From contig NW_022985708.1 of the NCBI RefSeq assembly GCF_902459465.1, positions 62,001 to 126,000 on the forward strand: a DNA stretch of 64,000 bases, given 5' to 3'. This DNA is from Asterias rubens (taxonomy: Eukaryota). A program made the position numbers and the translations under genes. The first letter of the stretch is position 1. Every line of letters begins with the position of its first letter. The notes beneath the pieces are model-generated. The model ran no database searches, was not told where the DNA came from, and worked only from the letters and a program-made list of their open reading frames with translations. Below are positions 38,096 to 50,043 of the stretch, piece by piece.

Positions 38096-38452
38096 AGGAA
38101 CACGTTGCCTTGGATCGGTCGAGTTGGTCTTTGAAAAGCGTTTGCAACCGTTTGTTATGAAATGCATATGGGTGGAAATATGTTGTAAATACAATGATCC
38201 ACACAACCATGCTTCGAAATTGCGCGGTTTTCCTTTTACATCGACGACTAACACGGTCGGCCATTTATGGGAGTCAAATTTTTGACTCCCATAAATGGCC
38301 GACCGTGTTAATTCGCAAAGTAAAAAGAAAACCACGCAATTTCGAGGCAATGTTGTGTGGATCATTGTATTCTACTTTTAAAACATCTTATAACAAACGG
38401 TTACAAATGCTTTTTATAGACCAACTCGTCCGATCCAAGGCAACGTGTTCCT
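38096..38452. mobile_element. Foldback MITE with TTAA TSD (Kolobok-like termini)
   Basis: TTAA-AGGAACACGTTGCCTTGGATCGG...CCGATCCAAGGCAACGTGTTCCT-TTAA; central perfect hairpin around 38270-38290. Confidence 0.85.
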
Positions 38453-39875
38453 TTAATTTGATGTTTTGTCAAAACTGTGGCGGCTATTATTGTCATGAAG
38501 TTTTTTAGGTTAGTCTGAGCATTTGAGTGTTTATTTCTACATAGTGAATGTGTGTTTTTTAAAATGTTTCCCGGTGTTGTAAAGTATTTGGATTTGGGTC
38601 ATTTCATCAGGTTGGACACTGCTGTGACATTTGTCTAACTTATTTCATATTTTTACACTGCAAAAATGGTGTTTGTCAGTTTAGTCTATAGACCCTTTGA
38701 GATACCGATCCATTATGCTCCGCCCACTACACACCTTTAGCAACGACATCTGAACCTCTCCCAATGCCTCTTCATTTTTTTGGAATTGAGGTTGTTCAAA
38801 ATCCCAGCTGTGATTAGTCATTGAGCTATGGTGCAAAGGCTTAATGGATCGGTCTTTTTTCGTACATTACACGGACTCCCATTGTTTTTGACAATGGGTG
38901 GTCATAATTTGCTTGAGCCAGTTTGTAAATCAATTATTATTATTTAAGTTTTAGAAAGGAAGTTAAATTTTCTTATGAAATAAATGTGAAATTACATGGT
39001 AAACTGAATGGTAATAAAAACATGTTTCCTTAAATTATGCCAATTTGTTGCTATATCCATTACTTCCACCAATCAGGAAGAAGTTTCTTTCTTGGTAGTT
39101 TTAAACTCCATGCATGCACATGGGTAAAGTTTTTAAACGTCCGTTCGTAATAATGCTTTTATTGAACTGTTTGACCTGGCAAACATATACAAAGCCACTG
39201 GAATGATGATACTAGGCCTCTTACTTTCCCAGTAATGGAGTTTTGAAAGATAAGGACGCCATTTGAAAAATGGCGGACCTTATAGTCTGACACACTCAAT
39301 ACTGCTTTTATTTAACTGTTGGAATTGATTAACAAAAACAAAACCAATGGAATGAAAATACTACCAGCCTCTTACTTTCAGAGTTATAGAGTGTTTTAGT
39401 CAAAATTGGCGGCCGCTCTGAAAGATGTGAAAACCATAGCAAAACACCTTCCGAAGTACTTGGTGATATCAGAGGGCCCAGGAGACCAAGAAAAAGAATG
39501 AAGAGAGGAACACTGGCTCTGAGGCAAATAATTGGAAGGAGGCTCAAGACAAGGAAGGATGTATAGTCTGTGGTGGGTCATGTGATGATAATGGGAAGGA
39601 GGCCAGTTAAATGGCTGGCAATAGTGCCCCCGATGAAGATGGAGATCGAATTGAAGCTACACACAGAGAAAAGATTACACAACTTGTGTAAAATATTACC
39701 TGTTTTAGATGTAGTGGGCGAACACCATAACTATTATATATCTTGCTTAATAGCTGTGTAAAAGTTTACAGAAATATTGGGTAGTTAAACCCACTCATGT
39801 AAAATAATTACTTAATTTTGAAGTAAAGATTTTACCGATTATTAAATATGTACTAAAGCCCATTAGTGCCATCGC

Positions 39876-40028
39876 AAGTACATATTCAGCGATTCTTGTT
39901 TTTTTTAAGTACATATTTCAACGATTCTTGTTTTTTTGAAGTACATATTCAGCGAATCTTGTTTTTTGAAGTACATATTCAGCGAATCGTGATTTTTTTT
40001 TTAGTACATATTTGGCGAGTTTTTTTTT
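39876..40028. repeat. ~31-bp tandem repeat, ~5 copies
   Basis: Unit AAGTACATATTCAGCGATTCTTGTTTTTTT. Confidence 0.8.
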
Positions 40029-40934
40029 AGATATGTTTTCCCCCATCCTCGCGCGGCGTCAGGTGCACGGCGTGTGAGGGCGCATTTGACATGATGGATT
40101 CTTCCGGATCAGGTAAGCGGCGGATTTTAGCTTTTTTTTATCTTCATCTTTTTCATGATTTAGTTTTTAGCCAAGTGAAGGTTGATAGGTACGCCATTCT
40201 TTATAGCTTTGAGGCTGTACCCCTTCACTTTACAGACGATAACAAGGTCAAACAAATTATATTTTATAAATGTAAATGCACCGTAATTAGGCCTATGGTT
40301 TTGCTTTTCTTGCCTGTGTGCGTATGTACTGTACTCTCAAGTTAGGATTGAGTTTGAAGTCATAGGTCTAGGCCTAAGATTGGCCTATCAAAAGTACCGC
40401 TCAAGGAGCTCCTTTGATTTAATTAATATAATGAGCAAGTAGGCTCCCTATAATTGATAAGGTAGCCTTGAAATATCTACAAAGTACAATTATCAGCATC
40501 CTGTTTTATAAAAATACATGATCTATGTCTTGCACCAACATGACCAAACAATTCCAACTTAAAGAAATGTTATGGGTCCCTGTTTGTAGGCCTACTAGTA
40601 GTTGTAGTAGTGCAAGTGACAGGAAATTTTTAAGATTAATGGAGTCTTGATTGGAGTCCGGGTATAGGCAGCCTACTGAAAACTGTGAAAACACCAGAAA
40701 GACTTTATCCATATAATGCTCTTGGGCAACAGTGTGCATTTATGAACTTATAAAACTAAGAAACACAACACCAAGTATCTATTGAATTTTGATTGGCCTT
40801 TTAGCTATTTAGCCTTCTTACTGTTGTATAAAAAACTGTTATTGTATATAGGTGAAAGCTACTGTTTCAAAATCGTTAAAGGTGTTCCTTTAACGTTGTA
40901 CTTTTTTTTCTTTTTTTCCCCATAACCATCAGCT

Positions 40935-43900
40935 ATGGATCTCTTCCAATTTATGAGAGACAGGGCCATCCCAGAATCGATAATTGACAGAATGAAGAAA
41001 GAGAAGGTATACACACTCTTGATTTTACACTGAAATAGTAGCTTTGCATATTTTTCTTCATCAAATAATACTGCAAACCTGTCTGTTTGATATTGCTAAT
41101 TGTTTTAATCTAATGATGTTACTCTAATGACATGAGGGTAAGGTGGGCCTCACAGTTTTGGACAATCCCCTGTGATGTTCCATTAAGTCCAATTGCATTC
41201 GAGAACGACTGCAAACACTCCTAGGCTTGTTCCAGCCAATATTTTTCGTTTAATTGTAAGAAATATTGTTTTTTTTAAGATCTAAGAAGGTGCCTCATTT
41301 TTTTAATAAAGCAAATCGAAACCTGCTTTGATCTTCTGTGAAAAAGACATGAAAGCATCTCAGATTGAACAAGATGTTGTTTTAGCAATTGATTTGGTCC
41401 ATTTTGGATTTTTGTTCAGTAACAAACCAGCATTTCTGAGTTTGGGTCCGTCGCGGATGAAATGTTTTTTTGTTAGTATCAAAACACGGTTTTGTTAATA
41501 GGCTCCACGTAAAAGTAAATAATAAACGAGTAATTTTCATGAAAAGCTGTTTCCTATAAAGACAAAGTGTTTCCTATAGGGTTACATTATAGTTTACAGT
41601 TAGTGATAAACTTTAAACAATAATTCTAATTAGGTTTACATTTTTATTTTGTTTGCAAGGGGGCACTTTGCACAGTTTAAAAGTCTTATTTGAGCATGCA
41701 TGTTATACATTTTTTAACACATCAATTGTTGATGGAATATGAGCACATTAACTAACGATGCACAATATTGGTGATGAATCTGAAACAATCCAAGGCTCAA
41801 AACTGACATTGAATATTCAGATGTGTAAGAAGGCTGCCAATGAAGTTTTTGAGCATTTTTTCTAAAAATATAACATTTTTTGTATGCAGATTGATGAGAG
41901 AACACTACTTCTAATTGAGGAAAAAGATTTTGAAGCATTCATTCCACACCTGGGTGACCGAGTGGCAGTGAAACGTTTCTGCAAGAAAAGGATGAAGCAA
42001 TCGTCTTCCAGTGATAGTGAAGATACTGAGAAGGGGAAACTCCTGCAGAAACTCAGACTGAAACTGCAAAACAAAAGAGCTGGTGGTAAATCACAAGCTC
42101 CAAACATGCACCTTGTTGGTAACAAACATGCCAAACGCACTACACGAAAAATAGATATTGGGTGGATGCATTACGATGAAGTCCAAAAACAATACAAGCC
42201 GGTCAGGAAACAAAATGGGGGAGGGACAAGAAAACTGTCAGTATGTAAGTCGTCAACAGCAGATACCCTACAAAAAATAGCAGAAGGCCTCTTTTTCAAA
42301 GTGGGCAAATCCTCCAAAGGATCGTTGGAATTGCATGAGACCCAACTTACTGACGTTGGGCACCAAGTGGTGCTGAGCAGTGCTACAGTGGAAGAGCTGT
42401 ATGACGAAGCAAAGATGACAGTCCTACGATTGTATCTGAAAACGAAACACCGTGATGTGGAGAGTGGAGAGGAAGAATTTTTTGACTTGTGGGATACCCC
42501 AGAAGTAGAAGTGGAGACCTCAACGGAAGTTCCTGATGATCAGGTATTTTGCAGTTGATGGATGTTTTCCTCGTAGAAAGGACTAACGAAACCAATTAGA
42601 GGCCCGACAGGCAAAGTTAGAAAATTATTTTATTTATCAATTGACCAAGCAAACAAGACAGTATAGCAAACATTTTCCATCAGTTAGTGGAAATAGAAAC
42701 ATCACCCTTAGTTAAGCTGTACACGTTGTACATGCCTAAAACAAGTAAGTATGGGCCTACAGGAACTGACTGGTCAACCTCAATTCAAGTGTGTGCAACA
42801 ACTGATTCTAAACCATTTGTTTTGTCTTCAGCAAAACTAGCTTTTTCAAAATACAGTTTGTTTTTTATACTGACTAAGACTTAGGTGGCACTAATCTGAT
42901 CAATTGTAAATAATACAGTCATTAACTGGTACAGGTGAACATCATGTCTGCATGATTATAATAATTTTCTTATCTTGTGTAAAGTTTTGCTGCTGTTATT
43001 GTTATTGTTATTGGTACTATACTGTTACTTTTATTACTAGAAAGGTTTGCGGTAACACCATGTGAAAACTCTTTTGAGTTGTGTTGGTTCTGAAAAGAAC
43101 TGGGGGTTTCCCCCACTGGTTCTTTTCAGAACCAACACAACTCAAAAGAGTTTTCACATGGTGTTACTGCAAACCTTTCTTAGTTATACTTCCATCATGC
43201 AAAGTTTCAAATCCTACTTGTTACCTTTATTGTTCTTGTCACATAGCATTCAGACATGGAAACCAGCAGTAGTTTTGAGAAAACTGATACACCAACCATT
43301 CTGTTTCGTAACCGACGTCAGGTAAGATTAGTATAGTTTAGCATCATGTGTTGAATGAGATAGCTTTGTCTGCATATCAACTCCCTCAGTTAAATAGATG
43401 TTAAATTTGCATCGTGGATAAATCCTATTATTTTGTTTTTACCATTCCACCGATGTGTGTAAAGCACTGTATACTCGGTATTTTCCCCGAGTCCTGTGAA
43501 AAAAAACAGGCATATTATTCGGGTGGGATTCGAACCCACTCCCTCAGTTTTGGCAATATGCAAGAATGAAGAACTGCACTTTTTTCCTCCATGTTACCAG
43601 TATTTTTTTTAAATTTGACATTTGATATTTCTAAATAAATTATGGTCTTTCATGACACCTACATTTGATCATAAGTAAAAGGAAAGAGCTTAAAATTAAA
43701 TGGCTCACATTGTTTTCTTCTTACTAAGGAGTGTAATGTACCATGTACTGACAGTACATACCAATCCTACATGGAAATTCTTGACAGTGACAGTGATGAT
43801 GAAGAAGCTTCATTAGCTGCTGCAATTGAAGCAAGTTTGAACGACATCCAGCCACCACCAGAACAAAGGTAATGTTGATCTATATAATCCTTACCCATGA

Positions 43901-45024
43901 ATTTTGTTCAGGGGATATATCGCTCTGTTTTTAGATTTCAAAATTTAAATACACATTTATTTCATACACTCCTTGACAATGTAGTAATATTTTCTCTGCA
44001 AAACACATGGAATTGAAAATGGACTCTCTTACAGTAAAGGGAATGTAGTATATATGGTATTACATTTATGCAAACTAACAAAAGTGGGAGTATGAGGCTG
44101 TTCAGATAAGCCAAAACTTGTATGCTAGGTTCACGAAGGACAAACAAAGCGGACTTGACAATCCTATGTGAGAAAAAAATATGCATGCCAGGACAAAGAA
44201 AGACAAAAACACACACCAAAAAAACCAACAAACAAACAAATCACAACCAAACGAATGAACAGACAAAACAAACCATAAGAATTACAATGGTAGGTAAATA
44301 CAACATGCAGGTGGTCTGTCTAAGCAGAAAAGCTAGCTATATATAGCCTACATTATGATAAGAGAACTCTTGTAAGAAGATTTCAATTGTACATATCTGT
44401 GGCATTTCTTAGGTCAGAATTTATAGGTCAGAATTTTTATAGTCCAACATAGTAATATGATAAAAATCTTGTGTTTAAAATTCAAATATTGACATCAGTG
44501 ATAAATTGACTTGTCTTGTTAATTGAAATGATACATTTATAACAGAATGGTGATGATGATGATTACTATTTTGTCTTTATCCAAATTATAAGAATTATAT
44601 GCTATGACGCCTGTTCCCCTTGACATATTATTGGAAAATTTTTTGTTGCGTGGTCAATAAATAGGAAGGAAATGTATGCAACAACCACATTTCTGACATT
44701 CATAGTTGATTTTGTTCTTGACAGTCTGTGAATGTACAAGTTCTAAACTTTATACAGTTACTTATGGATGCTATTTTTTCAGTTTGTTGGTTTACCTTTC
44801 ATTATTTCTAACAGAACAGAGGAAACGCTGCATCATATAATTTCACGTCTCGAGCAATCAGTCACAGGAGATCCCATAATGATCATTGCATGTAGAAAAA
44901 GGTTACTGAAGTCAGCTCTACATGCTACTCAAGCCCGGGAATTTAGTTTTGATAGACCACCTTGTGTGACATTTGCTGGTGAGGAGGCCGAGGATGAGGG
45001 TGGCCCAAGTAGAGAATTTTTTAA
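40935..45024 (+). pseudogene. SAM-like + UIM + HECT E3 ubiquitin ligase gene (G2E3-like type), 3'-truncated
   Basis: Phase-compatible exons 40935-41006, 41890-42543, 43247-43321, 43729-43868 and 44815-45024. Motifs IDERTLLL..IPHLGDRV, RKIDIGWMH..GGGTR, UIM DEEASLAAAIEASL, and HECT start VTFAGEEAEDEGGPSREFF. No further HECT exons were seen. Confidence 0.75.
43465..43542 (-). mobile_element. Possible tRNA-derived SINE fragment
   Basis: B-box-like GGGTTCGAATCCC on the minus strand; short. Confidence 0.35.
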
Positions 45025-45446
45025 GTAAGTGCACATGTTTTAACCAGATTGATTTTCTTGTGTTTCAATTGTCTTGTTTTGTTTCCTCTCTTCACCTACA
45101 AATACTTCCCAAGTATCCAGCCCCCTCTCCCTTCCTCGATTATTCCCAACATGCTCACCCTCTCTTATCTTGCTTTACCTATCCCTTTTCATACTTCCCA
45201 ACAATACCACCTTTAGGTCAATGAAGTAGACTACTAGTTTCTCATCACAATTCTTTTTATTATTACCCAAATTTCATTATTTTTCCCAAAAAGTTGGAAA
45301 AATCTGACACAAACTGCTCCCATCTTAAGCACATAAAAAGGTCCAGACCAGTTGTACGGTTGGTATTTTTGCAGCTTCCAAGGAAAAGAAGGGAAGAACA
45401 ATACATCAAACCAGTTTCGAAAAAGCAGTTTGTGTGTGTGTGTGTG

Positions 45447-45954
45447 CGTTTGTATATGGTGTAAATCGAGGACACATACGTGAATACATACCCACCTACT
45501 GAGGGCAGTCGGCTCACCGAGGACTGTCCTCGGTAGGATATCCGTTTTAAATGCAAAAATCGATGAAATCTCATGTTTTCCTGCAAATCTCACGAGAAAA
45601 ATTGGGCGTCCTCGTTCAAGCGACACAGAACGTGTGGAGTGTTACCGTGTGTGAAATTCAGCACATGGTTGTGTGTTGGTCTACTACCCAACGTCCCCAC
45701 TAATGCGGCAGCACACATGTTTAGTCGAAACACAAGGTACCAGTCTAAATGCAGTACAACCGAGCACTTCACTGTTGTTGGGAACGAACAGCGACATCCT
45801 TACGCTTGGATTTCAAGACAAACAACGTAAGTGGCACATTTTTGACAGTCTTTAATTAAGAGAGCTATAGTTTATTTTACTTTCATAACGTTAAAAACCT
45901 AGGAATAGTACTCGAAGTAGTGCATGTGTCCTCGATTTACACCATATACAAACG
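45447..45954. repeat. 508-bp segment bounded by perfect 31-bp inverted repeats
   Basis: CGTTTGTATATGGTGTAAATCGAGGACACAT at 45447-45477 and its reverse complement at 45924-45954; no TSD seen. Confidence 0.7.
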
Positions 45955-47743
45955 CCGTGATTCACGCGGCATCAAATGTGGCCATCATCAAACATGGCGC
46001 CGGACATGACACAGCGTGTTGAGCATCAACTCTGTAACCAAATTAGAAATCTTACGGTTGCTGTAATAGTTTTGTTCATTTTGTTCATTTTTCTTACATT
46101 CTATACATTTTTGAGATCGTTCATGTAAGTTAACAAAGTCTATGAATAATTATTCACAACTTGCGACTCGGCTGACAGTGCTAGTGGCCGACAGTGTAAT
46201 AAACTTTCAAGTTTCATCAATGATGACATGACCTCAATAATACAATCATTCGTGGTCCCGGTGATGTATTTTGTTTAGCTGTGGTTTGAGGAGGGCTACA
46301 ATTTTTTTTTACTGGAGTAGGCCTACTTTGTTTGAGTGTGAGTGATCTTTTTTTGTAAGTTGCATTGAGTTGTTTTCCCAGGTAGCAAGCCAACGTTGGT
46401 CCAACGTTGGAAACTCGCAACTTGTTGGACGTTGGAAAAACTGGTTGGTCCAACGTTGCGGCAACGTCGGATTTCATTTGCTATAACGTTGGAATCTTTG
46501 GTTAGTTTCACGTGTTTCCAATGTTGGAAACTTGTTGGGAGTAAATGAGAAATATTTTGTTGAAGAAGAAATGGTCGGGGTGGGGGATGCTGCTGGAAAT
46601 TACGTCTACTGGATATATTTTGTTAAACCCAAGTACCATTTCCATTGTTAATTCATGTTTCTGATTGTGTGTAGTATGCTTGAACAATAAAAAAATACAT
46701 GTATCTCATAAACATTTGAAGGAAAAAATAACAATATTTTATTCAGGCAGTTTTTAAAATATACAGACACACTGGCGGATCTATAATTTTTTTGGGGGGC
46801 CGGCCTAAAAGTCAAAATTTCAGTAAAATAGTTAAACAGAGAAAACACGAAAAGAAAAACATTCACATAAAACTAACATGGTTAAGGCATTCCCCTTCCT
46901 TCTCTCCTCTCCCTTTTCTTTCCTTTTCCTACTGTTTTTTACAATTTCTTTTGCGGGGGGGGGGGGGTGGGGGAGCTTTGGTCTGTGGATGCAAGAGTTA
47001 CACCAAAAACAGACTTGTTCCCAATACGTATTGGGAGCACCGTGTTTGTATAGTATTGTTGTATTAGCACTTGCAAAGCAAACAGTGTAGAGACTGGAAG
47101 CCAGTTTATTCCCCATTCTAGGCTGGTTCCCACATCCAATGCTGCACATAAATGTCAAGTACAGTGCAGGGAACTAGTCTGGCTGTGGGCACATGTGTGC
47201 ATATACACATGGTCATACACACCACCACGTTGTTCATTCATCATAAGCACTCTGTTCCTTGACCTCGCCTCGTTATTTACCACAAAAATCTATCTGCTTT
47301 TGAGTGTGATTTGTTTCCACATTTTGACCCAGGTCGTCGTGCGTTATATTTATATGTTGCATTGGTTTCTTCAGTACAATTGTGGGTATGTATCAGGTCA
47401 TTATTATTTGTTCCATTGACTTGAAATTGCAGCTTTTTAGGCCACGTTTTTGATCAAAATGATGGATGGCTGTCACGAAAGTACTACTAGTACTACTACT
47501 ACTAGTACTATAGTGTCAGCGTTTTGCTTTCATTTTCAACATGGTCAAATGTAAATCAACGTGTAAAATTGGTAGCTGTTTGAAAATACTGACTTTATAT
47601 GAAGTTATATGGATGTTAGCCTTCAGCTGTCATAGGAATATTCACTGTCTTCATTCCTTACTATATAACCTCACATTATAGCTGAGCTAGATGGGTCTAC
47701 GACTTGTTGCATGTAGGGCAGGCCACCTTTGTAAAATTTCAGC

Positions 47744-49960
47744 ATGGCTCATCGACCTTTGTCATTGTGTGTGAAGTTCAAACCAACCTTCGTTTCAGCA
47801 CGCAATAGACAAGCCCGGACAAGAGTATTAAGATACCTTCAGTCAATTGAAACAGAGAGACCTAACTCCAATCATACAGCTCAGTCAGAGGTTGCTGGGG
47901 ATAACTGGCATTCTTTTGCAAATGGTACTGATGACATTTCAAATCGTGGTCCTAGTTCACACATGGATAGGCCTAGCACTACTAGTAGTCCAGAGCATTC
48001 ATCAGTCAGGGAAGAATCTGAACATTCCACAGCTGCTGACATTAAAAACGATATGTCTACGCCTAGTGATGATACTACTAGTACTAGTGATAGTGACGAA
48101 GATGATAGAGAACCTCATGAAATTGATTTTCAGGTGTACCCGCTTGATGAAACCGCCAGCAATTCAAGTTACAGTTCAAATGTCAGCGCTCACAAAGACA
48201 GGAATAATAATCAGTTAAAAGACAGTCTAGCTCAGTGGGCCATTGAATACAAAATTCCACAAGTTGCCTTGTCGGGTTTGCTATCCCTGCTTCAAGTTAA
48301 CCATCCAAATCTTCCAAAGGATGCTCGAACACTACTTCAAACAACTGTCTCTTACTCAACAAAGGTGATCGGTGGAGGGTCATATCATCATTTTGGACTA
48401 CAGACCTCAATAACATCTAAACTCAACTCTTATAGCGGGCCCCAGTATATGAACCAGTTGTCTTTGCAGATGAATATTGATGGGCTTCCATTATTCAAGA
48501 GCTCATCAGGTCAGTTCTGGCCAATATTGGGCATGATTGAGCAGTTACCGCAGAAGGAGCCCTTCATAATAGGGCTGTTCTATGGTAACTCTAAACCTCA
48601 GGTTACTGAATTTTTGGCAGATTTTGTTGAGGATATGCATGCAGTACAAGCCGCTGGAGGAATACGATTTAAGGATCGTTTGCTTCCTCTGGAGATATCC
48701 ACTATTATCTGTGACACCCCTGCCCGAGCGTTTGTGAAATGTGTGAAAGGTCACAGTGGCTATCATGGATGCGATAAATGCATTCAAGAAGGTGAATGGG
48801 ATGGACGCTTAGTCTTTCCTGAAACTGATTCTGCTCTCAGAACTGATAGGGACTTCAGTGACATGACTGATGATGGACACCACACAGGCACATCACCCTT
48901 TCATCTGTTAGGCCTTGGAATGATTTCGCAGTTTCCCGTAGACTACATGCACCTCGTTTGCCTAGGGGTAACAAGGAAGCTAATCTTGTTGTGGAAAAGT
49001 GGCCCACTGACATGTAGACTGAGTTCAAGAGAATTCCTTGGGATGTCAAACTCTTTGGTGGCTCTCAAGTCATGTATGCCAAGAGAATTTTCTCGCAAGC
49101 CACGCACACTTACAGAAGTTGACAGGTGGAAAGCGACGGAATTCCGGCAATTTCTTTTATACACTGGTCCTGTTATCCTTGCCCATGCTTTACCTAATCC
49201 AATGTATAAAAATTTCTTGCTGTTTTCAATGGGAATCCACATTCTGATCAGCCCATCTCTCTGTCATGCTATGTGCGATCTTGCCCACAAGCTTTTAGTT
49301 GCTTTTGTGCGGCATTTTGGCGACATGTATGGAAAGGATAAACTGGTGTACAATGTTCATGGACTGGTTCATCTTGCTAATGAGGTCAGATTGCATGGCA
49401 ATTTGGACAACATATCAGCATTCCCATTCGAAAATTTCTTGGGTCAGTTGAAAAAAATGGTTCGTTCTCCCAAGAACCCCCTTCAGCAGGTAATCAGAAG
49501 ATTGTCGGAGAATTGTTCAATCACGACACACAAGAATAGAGGCATCAACGGAGTGAAAAAACGGCATTCTGAGGGTCCTCTGCCTGTACACTTCGGGGCA
49601 TGTCATCAGTACAAAGCGGCTAACCTTCCTGTTGGTTATGTTTCTTCAGTGGAAGGTGATAACTGTGTGATGGTCAACCAGCAGATAAGCTTGGTTCGAA
49701 ACTTGCTGGTGAAGAACAATGTTATCTACATTGCTTTTCAACCATTTCAGCAGTGTCGGGATTTCTTTTCATATCCACTGAAATCATCACATGTTGGAAT
49801 ATTCGAAGTGGCCATGTTGAACGATGATCTTGAGGTTGTTCCGGCTCAGGCTATTTCATCTAAATATGTACTTCTTCCCAAAGTCAGTTGCAGGGTAAAT
49901 GACAGACCGGGTGATGTTAATGAAATTTACATTGCTGTACCACTTCTCCATACAGTATGA
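47744..49960 (+). CDS. EnSpm/CACTA DDE transposase (intact, 738 aa)
   Basis: NIDGLPLFKSS, ICDTPARAF, GHSGYHGCDKC, DYMHLVCLGV, WKATEFRQFLLY and AFPFEN. Confidence 0.93.
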   Translation: MAHRPLSLCVKFKPTFVSARNRQARTRVLRYLQSIETERPNSNHTAQSEVAGDNWHSFANGTDDISNRGPSSHMDRPSTTSSPEHSSVREESEHSTAADIKNDMSTPSDDTTSTSDSDEDDREPHEIDFQVYPLDETASNSSYSSNVSAHKDRNNNQLKDSLAQWAIEYKIPQVALSGLLSLLQVNHPNLPKDARTLLQTTVSYSTKVIGGGSYHHFGLQTSITSKLNSYSGPQYMNQLSLQMNIDGLPLFKSSSGQFWPILGMIEQLPQKEPFIIGLFYGNSKPQVTEFLADFVEDMHAVQAAGGIRFKDRLLPLEISTIICDTPARAFVKCVKGHSGYHGCDKCIQEGEWDGRLVFPETDSALRTDRDFSDMTDDGHHTGTSPFHLLGLGMISQFPVDYMHLVCLGVTRKLILLWKSGPLTCRLSSREFLGMSNSLVALKSCMPREFSRKPRTLTEVDRWKATEFRQFLLYTGPVILAHALPNPMYKNFLLFSMGIHILISPSLCHAMCDLAHKLLVAFVRHFGDMYGKDKLVYNVHGLVHLANEVRLHGNLDNISAFPFENFLGQLKKMVRSPKNPLQQVIRRLSENCSITTHKNRGINGVKKRHSEGPLPVHFGACHQYKAANLPVGYVSSVEGDNCVMVNQQISLVRNLLVKNNVIYIAFQPFQQCRDFFSYPLKSSHVGIFEVAMLNDDLEVVPAQAISSKYVLLPKVSCRVNDRPGDVNEIYIAVPLLHTV

Positions 49961-50043
49961 GAAATGACTACAAAATTAGTTTGCATGTCACATATTGTAT
50001 TTTTTAAATCAATGCAACATCAGGTGTATTTAAATGAATCTTT

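Noticed and set aside
43465-43542. tRNA gene
   Set aside because: Only a B-box-like motif is present; no cloverleaf.
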